Shown here: positions 27,364-37,300 of the stretch, in pieces
Layout of the letters: each line of letters opens with the position of its first letter
Position numbering within the stretch: the stretch's first letter is position 1
Source: a virus
IMG/VR virus record: IMGVR_UViG_3300003323_001324
Location: 93,578 to 157,577 of that record
Length of the DNA stretch: 64,000 nucleotides
Strand: one strand, 5' to 3'
The notes under the pieces: generated by a model
What the model saw: only the letters and a program-made list of their open reading frames with translations
Told to the model about the DNA's origin: nothing
Database searches by the model: none
Translations under genes and position numbers: made by a program

Positions 27364-30300
27364 CGAGGGTCTCCGCCTTCCGCGGGACTTGGGGCCCGAA
27401 CCGCCGCCCGTTCGTCTCCCTGACGCCGGACGTGTACGTGTCCATCCAGGGGGAGACGACGGTCATCGCGTGCGGCGAGTGCCGCCGCGAGATCGACGTG
27501 AACCGCTACGTGACGGCGGTCAACACGGAGGCCTCCGTCGACTCCCCTCCCGGGAGCGCCAGCATCACCCTCTCGGTCCCCGACACCGACGTCAACAACT
27601 TCTACGTCGACGGCCGGCTCGTCATCATGTCGATGATGGAGATCGAGGTCTACGCCAAGGGCTACTACACGGTCGGCGGGACGCCCCAATACTACCGGAC
27701 CTTCTGGGGCATCGTCTCCTCCGTCACCCGCTCCTGGAGCAACGGGGTGACGACCATAACCCTGCAGTGCAAGGACATCCTCCGGTGGTGGGAGCTCACG
27801 AACTTCTCCACCAACGCGGCCTGGACGGACCAGGACAAGACCCAGTCCGGGTGGAACATGTTCGGCAACTACTTCGCCGGCATGAACCCCTACACGGTCA
27901 TCGTCGCCCTCGCCAGGGAGGCGATGGGCGACTTCTCCATCACCACCGGCTCCTTCCTCTCCTTCCGCCCCGAGTACGGCGCCGAGCAGCAGGTCGTCGC
28001 CCAGTACGCCAAGGACATCATGGCGTACTGGCAGCTGAAGTTCGGCAACATCTGGAACAGCCTCGTCCTGTACGGGTCCAGCGGCCAGGCCTACACGTTC
28101 TCCGGCGTCCCGGGCGACACCTCGCCCCTCAAGATCTCCAGGGCCATCTTCGAGCAGGAGGCCCAGAACCTCGGGCTCAACCCGGAGACGAACCTGTTCA
28201 AGACGCAGCCGGGGGAGGTCGCCGTCTTCAAGAAGGAGCTGTCGCGCGCGGCGGAGCTCAACTTCTTCCAGACCGACACGCAGAGCAAGCTCCAGATAGC
28301 GATGACCGCGGCTCAGCAGGCCGGGGCCTACGAGTTCTACTGCGACCCGACCGGCGACATCGTCTTCAAGCCGCCGTTCTACAACCTCAACGTCCTGCCG
28401 AACAAGCCGGTGTCCTGGATCCAGGACTTCGAGATGATGGACGACTCCATCACCGACAACGAGCAGGACGTGTACACGCACGTCACCTCTCACGGAAACG
28501 CCTTCGGCGGCGTGATGGACTGGGGCCTGAACTCCGACATCACGACCCCGCGCACCGGCGTCATCGACTGGCATCTGCTCAAGCGCTACGGCTGGCGCCG
28601 CATCGACGTCGAGATAGAGTGGGCCGGCGACGCCAAGAAACTCTTCTATCACCTCCTCGACCACATCGACAAGGTCAACTCCAAGCGCGAGTCGGGGACC
28701 GTCACCATCCCCATGCGCCCGGAGCTCCGGATGGGCTTCCCCGTCTGGATCCCGCGCTATGACGCGTTCTTCTACGTCGCCGGCGTCTCCCACGCCTACG
28801 CGGTCGGCGGCCAGGCCACGACGACCCTCACCCTGACCGCGAAGCGCGGAAAGTTCGTCGCCCCCAAGAACATCGGGCGCATCATGGCCAGCGGGAGCAC
28901 GAGGCCGAGCACGTTCGTCAACCCGGACACGAAGAGGGCGAGCACCGTCCAGGAGCCGACCTACGTCGTGAACTTCCCCTCCAACGTCGGGGAGACAATG
29001 GGCCTGACGGAGACCGGGCAGACCGAGGACTTCGGCGGCCCGATGGTCCTGCGCGAGCCCAAGACGGGGAAGCTCCTCGGCTTCCCCAACGCCGTCATGG
29101 TCTACCGGCAGACCCTGGACGGGCAGGTCCTCTCCCGCATCCTCCAGCAGAGCGGCAGCACGAAGGGCGCGAAGCCGAAGACCCAGGACCAGCAGAACCA
29201 GGAGGGGCCGAAGGCCACCTACGACCGGACCGCGGGCGACGTCCTGGCGAGCCTCCAGAACAACCGGAGGTCCCAGATCATCGACCGCCTCCGCCTCAAC
29301 CGGTACGAGGCGGGGATGACGAACGCCGGCCTCTACGACTACGCGCACGACGTCGGCGGCCACTTCCTCGAGTTCTCGGTCATCCCGGCCGACAAGATCT
29401 CCTGGGACCCCTCCATCACGGCCGAGACGACCACGGCGGAGCAGAAGAAGCAGCGCCAGGCCTCCCTCGCCGAGGACGTGAAGGCCCTGGAGGCCGAGCG
29501 CAAGGAGGCGCTCGCGCTCTCCAAGGCCGCCAACGCCGACAAGCTGAGGGCGGAGAAGGACCTGGCGGCCTTCAAGCGCAAGAACCCGCCGAAGGGCAAC
29601 GAGCTCTCGGCGGAGGCGAAGCTCCTGCAGACCGCCGCGGACCTCGCGGCCTCCGCCGCCGCGACCGCCGCGACCCGGCTGAAGGCGGTCGAGACCTCGA
29701 TCGTCTCGAAGAAGACGGAGTCGCAGTCCATCCGGACCCTCACCTCCATCAACATCATGGTCCGCCCCGTCTCGGACGAGTACGGGTTCGAGGTCATCGG
29801 CCACAACCGGTACGGCCGCGGCGCCTTCATCGACCGCGGCCAGGTCCAGCTCCCGGACCCGAACCAGCAGGCGTCCAACCCTCAGACCTCGGTCAACCAC
29901 CTCGACATCCAGTTCGCGGCGGTCGGAGGGCTCCTCACCGACAACCCGGCGCAGCCCAACCTCGGCCCCCAGTCGGCGAACTTCGCCGAGATGTTCGAGA
30001 AGATGTCCCCGGACGACTACGTGACGGGCGCCTCCTTCAAGGGGTCGAACTACGCCGCCGGCGCCCCCGTCCAGGAGCTCTCGACGGTGAAGCAGGCCAC
30101 GTACACGAAGGCGATAAACGACAGGGCCGGGAGGGCGGTGTTCGCCGAGGCGGACGCCGTGCGGCGCGCCGTCACCCTCGCGGAGCTCAGCCCGACGCTC
30201 TCCACCGGCATCTCCGCCGTGGGCTACAACCGCTGCTCCTGCGCCCTCTCCAGGGCCTCGTGGCTGACGGTCTTGCCGCAGAACCTGATAAGGCAGATCC

Positions 30301-30980
30301 TCGGCCCCGTCACCTCGACCCCGGCCGGCCTCGCCGCGGACGTCGGGGAGGCCCTGGTGGACGGATCCGAGGGCCTCGGGGCGGACGGGATCGCCGGGGT
30401 CGTCGGCCAGGACGAGGTCAACGCCGCCACCTCGACCATCCTGTCGGAGCAGGACCAGGCCCTCGGCAACAGCTTCGACGTCGAGTCCCCCGAGGGCTTC
30501 TTCGGCGTCCTCCGGAACTACCTTGTCACGAAGTTCCAGGCCGAGTACCGCGACAACTCCGCCCGCGAGCAGTACGCCCGCAACGGCGGGAGGACCGTCG
30601 TCCGTCCGAACGAGGGCTCGGAGTCCACCAACATCCTGAAGGACCCGTCCTCCGGCCTCCTCCAGCGCGCCTCCATGGGCGACCCCGCGGCCCTCCAGGC
30701 CCTCCAGGGCGAGGTGAACCTGAACTTCGGGCGGACCACGGACGCGGTCAAGAAGTTCAACGAGACGTTCGCGGACGGCGGCCCCCAGGACCAGCTGAAC
30801 GCCTCCGCGAGCGCGCTCCCGGGCTCCATCTGGGACGCCTCGAAGCGCGGCCTCGTCCCGGCCGCCTCGGTCGGCGGCTCCCAGAACACGCCGGGGAACG
30901 TCCGGCCGCAGTACCAGCCCCCGGGCCGCGTGCCGAAGGTCGGGGAGACCATCAACCCGGGCCCTCCCCAGGGGACCTAG
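27360..30980 (+). CDS. Baseplate hub protein (gp27/gpD-like) with a long C-terminal extension
   Basis: YEFYCDPTGDIVFKPPFY and GTVTIPMRPELRMGFPV...YVAGVSH...TTLTL hub motifs. Located before the spike. Confidence 0.72.
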   Translation: MTRVSAFRGTWGPNRRPFVSLTPDVYVSIQGETTVIACGECRREIDVNRYVTAVNTEASVDSPPGSASITLSVPDTDVNNFYVDGRLVIMSMMEIEVYAKGYYTVGGTPQYYRTFWGIVSSVTRSWSNGVTTITLQCKDILRWWELTNFSTNAAWTDQDKTQSGWNMFGNYFAGMNPYTVIVALAREAMGDFSITTGSFLSFRPEYGAEQQVVAQYAKDIMAYWQLKFGNIWNSLVLYGSSGQAYTFSGVPGDTSPLKISRAIFEQEAQNLGLNPETNLFKTQPGEVAVFKKELSRAAELNFFQTDTQSKLQIAMTAAQQAGAYEFYCDPTGDIVFKPPFYNLNVLPNKPVSWIQDFEMMDDSITDNEQDVYTHVTSHGNAFGGVMDWGLNSDITTPRTGVIDWHLLKRYGWRRIDVEIEWAGDAKKLFYHLLDHIDKVNSKRESGTVTIPMRPELRMGFPVWIPRYDAFFYVAGVSHAYAVGGQATTTLTLTAKRGKFVAPKNIGRIMASGSTRPSTFVNPDTKRASTVQEPTYVVNFPSNVGETMGLTETGQTEDFGGPMVLREPKTGKLLGFPNAVMVYRQTLDGQVLSRILQQSGSTKGAKPKTQDQQNQEGPKATYDRTAGDVLASLQNNRRSQIIDRLRLNRYEAGMTNAGLYDYAHDVGGHFLEFSVIPADKISWDPSITAETTTAEQKKQRQASLAEDVKALEAERKEALALSKAANADKLRAEKDLAAFKRKNPPKGNELSAEAKLLQTAADLAASAAATAATRLKAVETSIVSKKTESQSIRTLTSINIMVRPVSDEYGFEVIGHNRYGRGAFIDRGQVQLPDPNQQASNPQTSVNHLDIQFAAVGGLLTDNPAQPNLGPQSANFAEMFEKMSPDDYVTGASFKGSNYAAGAPVQELSTVKQATYTKAINDRAGRAVFAEADAVRRAVTLAELSPTLSTGISAVGYNRCSCALSRASWLTVLPQNLIRQILGPVTSTPAGLAADVGEALVDGSEGLGADGIAGVVGQDEVNAATSTILSEQDQALGNSFDVESPEGFFGVLRNYLVTKFQAEYRDNSAREQYARNGGRTVVRPNEGSESTNILKDPSSGLLQRASMGDPAALQALQGEVNLNFGRTTDAVKKFNETFADGGPQDQLNASASALPGSIWDASKRGLVPAASVGGSQNTPGNVRPQYQPPGRVPKVGETINPGPPQGT

Positions 30981-31405
30981 CCCTCGTCGTCGGCGTCGTC
31001 CGCGGGGTCCGGGTCCGGGCGGCGCCGCGCCCCGATGGCCGCCAGGAACTTGGAGTCGCAAGACTCCCGGTCCATGAGGTAGGCCATGACGGCCTCGACC
31101 GTCCGGTTGAGCGGCTTCAGCCAGGCGATGGTCTCCACCTCGGGCTTGCCGTCCCCGGCGTCCAGGAAGTGCGAGAACTTCTCGAGGAAGTACCCGAGGG
31201 TCACCGACTGCCCGCCGTCCTCCTCCCTCTCGAGGACGCACTCCTGGGCCTGGGCGTTCGCCAGGTACTTCAGGAGCTTGGCGTCCTTGAAGGGGACGTT
31301 CACCCGGACGTGCTCGCCCGACGACAGCCTTCCGAGGTCCTTTACCTTCCAGCTCGCGGCCTCCAGAATCTTGCCGCCCATGTTCGTGACCTGGATCGTC
31401 GCCAT
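30977..31405 (-). CDS. Hypothetical protein inserted antisense between hub and spike
   Basis: Fills the intergenic gap. TAACGT box 5 nt upstream of the ATG. Confidence 0.6.
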   Translation of the reverse strand: MATIQVTNMGGKILEAASWKVKDLGRLSSGEHVRVNVPFKDAKLLKYLANAQAQECVLEREEDGGQSVTLGYFLEKFSHFLDAGDGKPEVETIAWLKPLNRTVEAVMAYLMDRESCDSKFLAAIGARRRPDPDPADDADDEG

Positions 31406-31458
31406 GCGGGACGTTACCCTGTTATGGTCCTCCGGGAGGTACCGTCCGAGGACGGAGC

Positions 31459-33708
31459 ATGGCGAAAGACGAACTCCACATCCCGCCGCCCACCTACACC
31501 AGGCCGGGCGGGGCTCGCCAGTCCTCCCAGGAGACCGAGGCCTCCCGGAGCCTCATGTGGGCCGCCCGCATCGTCCACGTGGACGTCGAGTCCATGTGCT
31601 GCTCCATCCAGCTCGAGAGCGGGACCGGCGTCTATCACGACGTCCCCCTGCCGGCGCCCGGCGGGGCCGGCCCGCGCTCCTGGTCCGGGAACGTCCCCGA
31701 GCGCGGCTCGAAGTGCCTCATCCAGTGGCGCCGCTACAGCGAGCGCAGCTACTCCCCCTCCATCGTCGAGTGGATGACGGTCGGGACGTACGGGGCCCGC
31801 GACTTCGCCCCCTTCTCCGTCATCGACCCGGCCGACGCCGAGGAGGTCCGCAGGGTCGCCCCCGAGCTCTTCGACGACCCGCACCTCGGCCTCGACCAGG
31901 TGCGCCTGAAGCTCCGGAAGGTGTACTCCGGCGACTATCTCGCCCAGGCCGGGTCCGGCGCCGAGGCCGTCCTGGACCGGGACGCCCGCATCGCCAACCG
32001 CGCCGGGAACGAGTACTGGCTCCGCGACTCGGACCAGACCTCGGTCCTCCAGACCGTGAACGAGCTCTCGAACAACGCGGCGGGCACCTACCGGCGCGGG
32101 CTCATTCGGAGGGACGCCTTCAACCTCCTCCCCGACCTCGCCATCTCCGGGTTCGACCCCGCGGTGGACGACTACGACCGGTACGTGGCGGGGAAGCTCA
32201 CGGAGTCGGCGGACGGCCTCCGGACCCTGGTGACGAAGGTGGAGCCCGGGAGCGAGGCGTACTCCAAGCTCCTGGAGTTCGGCCTCATAAACCCAGACGG
32301 GACGCCGGTCGAGGCCGTCGGGTCGGACCCCGAGGACCCGTTCTACCCCTACGTCGTCCTCCCCGACGGCCGACGGTCGAGCTACGTCGTCATGGGCGAG
32401 CACGACCTGTCCTTCGCCGAGACGGACCAGGGCTACGTCGAGGACCGCGCGGACCTGCGGCACACCAGCGACGGCGTGATGGCCGTGACCGAGGACGGGG
32501 ACGGCGTCCAGGTCGACCAGGTCCCGCCCATCTTCATCGAGGACGTCAAGGGGACGGTGGTCGGCAACGACCCGTACACGGAGGCCGGCCGCTCTCTCTA
32601 CAAGCGCATCCTGAAGATGCGGGTGTTCGACGACCCCGACCAGCAGTCGTCCGCCTCCGCCCCGGTCCTCGAGCCCGTCGACACCACGACGAGCCAGACC
32701 GAGGCGGACACGAAGGCGCTCGCCCGCCTCTTCCGGGTGCAGAGCCCGACGACGAGCAACCAGTTCGTCTTCGGGGTCTCCAAGGAGGGCCGCGTCTACC
32801 TTCACGTCCCGAAGACCCGGACCGGGACCGCCCAGGAGCGCGGCAAGTCCGTCGACGCCAACATCCTCGGCCTGCTCAAGGCCGTCATCGGCGCCGACGA
32901 GAACTCGGGGAAATCTATCGACCTCCGCACGATGGGCGGCGTGCGCGCCGAGATCGGCGCGTTCCAGGACTACTCGACCGGGACCCCGGAGCAGGTCTCC
33001 ATAGACCTCGTCCTGCACGGCAAGATAAGGACGACCTACGCCGGGACCCAGGGCCGGGAGCAGATGGTCGGCGGCTCCGACTTCAGGAGCGTCTCCGGCT
33101 CCACGATGGACGTCGTCGGGGGCAACGCCGTCAGGAACGTCGGCGGGTCCGAGGCCGTCGAGGCGAGCTCCGTCACCCACAACGTCGGCTTCGGGGGCTA
33201 CAAGCTCAAGTCCGCCGGCGACGTGAACCAGACGTTCCTCGGCAAGACGACCGAGCTCTACGGCCAGCTTCGCCAGTCGACCTTCGCCCTGTCGGACACG
33301 AAGACCATGGTCGCCGGCGTCGACTCGGCGACGGTCCTGGTCGGCGGGATGACGAGGACTGTGGTCGCGGGCTCCGGCATCTCGGACACGGTCGCCGCCG
33401 GAAACATGCTCTCGAGCGTCGGGGCCGGCAACATGGGCCTGACCGTCGGGGCCGGCAACCTGACGGCCTCCGTCGGGGCCGGCAACCTCGCGATGTCCGC
33501 CGGGGCCGGCACGGCCTCGGTCACCGGCGGGATCTCGGCCTCCCTCATGTCCGGCGTCATCGCCATGATGGCCGCCCCGGTGAACAAGATAGGGACCGCC
33601 CCCGTCGGCTGCGCCGTGGCCGGCGTCCCTGGCCCTCCCGCCCCTGCCCTCGATTACGTGACCGGCCTCCCGCTCCTCGGCATCCCCACCGTTCTCATCG
33701 GCCCCTGA
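31459..33708 (+). CDS. Central spike (gp5/gpV/VgrG-like)
   Basis: N-terminal OB-fold-like segment (ARIVHVD...PERGSKCLI). C-terminal beta-helix-type repeats (VGG, VGAGN x3-4). Confidence 0.68.
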   Translation: MAKDELHIPPPTYTRPGGARQSSQETEASRSLMWAARIVHVDVESMCCSIQLESGTGVYHDVPLPAPGGAGPRSWSGNVPERGSKCLIQWRRYSERSYSPSIVEWMTVGTYGARDFAPFSVIDPADAEEVRRVAPELFDDPHLGLDQVRLKLRKVYSGDYLAQAGSGAEAVLDRDARIANRAGNEYWLRDSDQTSVLQTVNELSNNAAGTYRRGLIRRDAFNLLPDLAISGFDPAVDDYDRYVAGKLTESADGLRTLVTKVEPGSEAYSKLLEFGLINPDGTPVEAVGSDPEDPFYPYVVLPDGRRSSYVVMGEHDLSFAETDQGYVEDRADLRHTSDGVMAVTEDGDGVQVDQVPPIFIEDVKGTVVGNDPYTEAGRSLYKRILKMRVFDDPDQQSSASAPVLEPVDTTTSQTEADTKALARLFRVQSPTTSNQFVFGVSKEGRVYLHVPKTRTGTAQERGKSVDANILGLLKAVIGADENSGKSIDLRTMGGVRAEIGAFQDYSTGTPEQVSIDLVLHGKIRTTYAGTQGREQMVGGSDFRSVSGSTMDVVGGNAVRNVGGSEAVEASSVTHNVGFGGYKLKSAGDVNQTFLGKTTELYGQLRQSTFALSDTKTMVAGVDSATVLVGGMTRTVVAGSGISDTVAAGNMLSSVGAGNMGLTVGAGNLTASVGAGNLAMSAGAGTASVTGGISASLMSGVIAMMAAPVNKIGTAPVGCAVAGVPGPPAPALDYVTGLPLLGIPTVLIGP

Positions 33709-33711
33709 CGC

Positions 33712-34296
33712 ATGGCCCTCCTCCCTCCTCCGGTGGCCGGCATACTCCTGGCCAACTTCGCAGGCCAGACCATCCTCGGCATCTCCGCCGTCCAGATGGC
33801 CGCGGCCGTCTCCGCCGGGTTCTGCGGGTACATGGTGTCCGCGCCCGTGGTCACGACCGCGGACGTGGGGACGCTCGGCGCGGGCGCCGGCGTCGGGTTC
33901 GGCCCCGTGCTCGCCCCTCCGTCCCTGGCCTCCGCCCTCCGCTCCTCCTTCGACGCCCACGCCATCAAGGGGAACAACCGGGACATGCTCATCGCCGCGC
34001 TCTCGAACGGCCTGTCGCAGTCCCTCCTCCTGGCCCAGATACTCACCGTCAACGCGGGGACCGCAATAGGGACGGGGAAGGTCGTCGGCGTCGCGCCCGT
34101 CCCGGCCGTGTCCATCCCCCTCATGATAGCGTCCTTCGTCGGCTGCGGCCTTCTCGGGATAGCCTCCATAAACCTCGCGACCGCCATCGCCCAGGGCGTC
34201 GACCAGGCCCTCCCGCAGGTCCAGGCCCAGGTCGTCATCGCCGGTCCCTCGTCCCCGTTCCCCGGGGGCGGCGCCGGCGTCGGGAAGTTCCTGTAA
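33712..34296 (+). CDS. Gly/Ala-rich hydrophobic protein next to the spike
   Basis: Starts 3 nt after the spike gene, with strong codon bias. No PAAR motif seen. Confidence 0.6.
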   Translation: MALLPPPVAGILLANFAGQTILGISAVQMAAAVSAGFCGYMVSAPVVTTADVGTLGAGAGVGFGPVLAPPSLASALRSSFDAHAIKGNNRDMLIAALSNGLSQSLLLAQILTVNAGTAIGTGKVVGVAPVPAVSIPLMIASFVGCGLLGIASINLATAIAQGVDQALPQVQAQVVIAGPSSPFPGGGAGVGKFL

Positions 34297-34347
34297 TCTC
34301 GGCCGGCCCCGTCGGTAGGGCTCGAATTGCCCCGGTAAGGTCGCCCA

Positions 34348-37300
34348 ATGCCCCTCGACACTAGCGGAGCCCTCCTCGAGGGCGTGAGGATCAGCGAGGG
34401 GAACAACCCCTACTCCTTCCCTCCCCGGGACGTCGTGTCCGACTGGTCGGCCTTCTCCGCCGTCTCGGAGCGCGCCGAGTACGTCCTGGTGACCTACTCG
34501 ACGGACCCGGCCAAGCTCGAGCTCGAGATAGCCGACCCGACCCTGCGGTTCCGCTGGACGAGGAACGAGTCCTCGGTCCAGCGCTTCTCCTACGACTCCT
34601 TCTCGAAGCGCTGGCTCCCCGCCCCCGGCTCCGCCCCCGACGTCCTCGGCCCCCTCTCGAACGACGAGAGGCTCGTGATGCCGGTCCCCGACCCCTCGGT
34701 CACCTCCGCCCCGTTCGCGGTCTACGTGGGATCCCCCGTTCGCGCCGTGACCTTCACGATCGTCATCGTGGGCGAGGAGGCCGACTTCTCCCCTCCGGCC
34801 TCCGTCCCCGCGGGGACCGTCCAGGTCTCGTCGCGCGACGGGAAGATGAACTTCAGCGCCGCCGACGTCGCCGAGTACGGGGGGAGCGACGTGCTCTCGC
34901 AGCGCCAGAGCTTCCTCGACCGGAAGTCGGCCACCGGGCGCTTCGGGACCCTCCCCGCCTCCTCGGACGTCGACTACTTCCTCTTCCTGAACCCGCGGCC
35001 CGCCTCCGGGCAGACCCCGCTCGTGAGGATCGGGTACGGCCTCCACCTGACGGCGGTCCAGTACGCGACCGAGGCGTCCCTCCCGCCGAGCCCGGCCGCC
35101 GGGACGTTCGCCTGGTCCGTGGACACCGGGCGCGTCGTGTTCTCCCCGTCCGACGTGGACGCACACGCCCGTGAGGGCGCCTACTACGACGGGGTGTCCA
35201 TAGGCTCCGTCGCCCCCGCCCGCACCTCCCTTCCCTCGCACCCCGGTTGGCCGTCCGTCGCCTTCACGGTGCCCCTGGACGCGGTCGGCGTCCTCGACAA
35301 CCGGTACGTCCTGTTCGCCGAGCTCGGGGGAGTCCGGACGTACTGGGAGATGGAGGTCTCCGCCTCCGCCCCGACGAAGGCCCCAAGGACCGGAACCTTC
35401 GTCGTCAGGACCGACACGGGGCAGTGCTACGTGTCGGCCGAGGACGTCGCCGACTTCGCCTCCTGGTCGTGGGCTTGGCTGGACTCCCTCATGCCGATAG
35501 AGGACGGGGTCTCCGTCCAGGTCTACCGCAGCGGCGTCAACGGCTCCGGCGAGCCCGTCGCCCCCGACTTCACGGTCTACTACGCGGTCGAGAACCAGGT
35601 GCTGGTCGACGGGATATCCCAGTCCCCGTTCGTGATGCTCCCCACCGTCCCCGTGGACGGTCCCTCCCTGACCTACCGGATAGAGCAGGGGCCGTCGAGC
35701 AGCGGGACCTTCACCGGCGACCTCGCGGACGGGACGGACCCGGCGAAGATGGGCATGGCCTACCTGCTGAACCTCGACCAGAGGCAGCTGAAGTTCGCCT
35801 TCAGGAAGGAGGTCGTCGTCACCCTGGCGACGTCCACCCCCGCGGTCAAGCTCCCGGAGGCCGCCATCTCCGAGCTCGGCCTCGAGGCGGAGATCGACGG
35901 CCACGCGGCGGAGCCCGGCGTCGACTTCGGGTTCGACCCCCAGACGGGCATCGTGACCTTCACCGAGCCGCTCGGCCAGAGCGACCCCGGGGACGCCTCC
36001 GGCCTCCTCGGTACCGTCACCCTCCCCGTCTTCCTGGAGACCGCGGCCGGCTTCTCGGACGCGGACGTCGGAAAGTGGGTCCTCGTCGAGTCCGGCCCGA
36101 ACGTCGGGGCGAGGCAAATCCGGGCCGTCACCTTCGGCCGGGCCACCGTCTCCCCCGCCTTCGTCCAGCCCGGGTCCCAGACCTTCGACGTCAGGTCCGC
36201 CGCGGACGTCATCGTGGACCGGATATGGGCGGAGCTGGACCCTCCGTACAAGAAGTTCTCCCTGGCCTCCGGCCCCTCCGCGTCGGGCCCCTTCTCCTCC
36301 GTCCCGAGGAGCGGCTTCTCCGTCCTCCCCACGACGAGCCAGGTCAACCTGACGGACCCGGCGGAGCCGGGCCAGGCCTTCCTCGCCACCTACGTCGGGC
36401 TCGTGACCGACGACGAAGGGGCGACCTACAGCCCCGTGAACCTCGTGGAGCTCGCGACCTTCAAGGTCCGCCAGGAGACCGCGACCTCGACCCCGGGGTC
36501 CCCCGTCGTCACGTTCAACCCCGAGGGCCGGCCCGTGTCCGCCGACTCCGGGATGAAGGTCTACGTCAACGGCGTCCCCCTCGAGCCCGGCTTCTTCGAG
36601 TACCAGGCCCCCGGGACCCTCCGCCTCGCGGACCCGGTCCAGTCCGGCCAGACCGTCGTGCTCGACTACTGGGTCCAGGTCGCCCTCGGAGGGGAGACCT
36701 CCTTCAACCTCCGCGTCCAGCCCCTGGACCTCGACTCGCTCCAGGTGGCGGCCGGGTCGGACACGTTCACGGCGAACGGGGACCAGACGGACAAGGTCTC
36801 CGCCGGCTCCGTCATCCTCGTCGGAGGGGCCGAGGCGGCCCTCGTGGACGGCTCCTCCTACGACCCCGTGAGCGACGTCACCACGGTGACCCTCGCCGCC
36901 CCGATGGCGGCCGCCTCCGCCGGGGCCGACGTCCTCTCCTGCGCGCCCCTCCCCGAGTCCTACATCGTCCCGGAGACCTCCTCTGTCGGCTCCGTCGTGG
37001 CCGGCTCCAACTCGTTCGTGATCGCCGGGGACGTCACCGCCTCGTACCCCGGCGGGACCCTCGTCTTCTTCGGCGACGACGTGTACCGCGTCTCCGCCTC
37101 CCAGTACCTCGCCCCTTCCGGCAGCACGAGGATCAACCTGTCCTCTCCCGCCCGGAAGAACTACGTCCTTCCCGAGGTCGAGAGGACCGTCCGCCCCGTG
37201 GCCTTCCCCGACGTCTCGTTCAAGACGACGAGGGACGCCGACCTCTCCTCTCCGTTCCAGCTCGTCAGGATGGGGAGGAGCCCCGCCGTCCTCGTCGCGG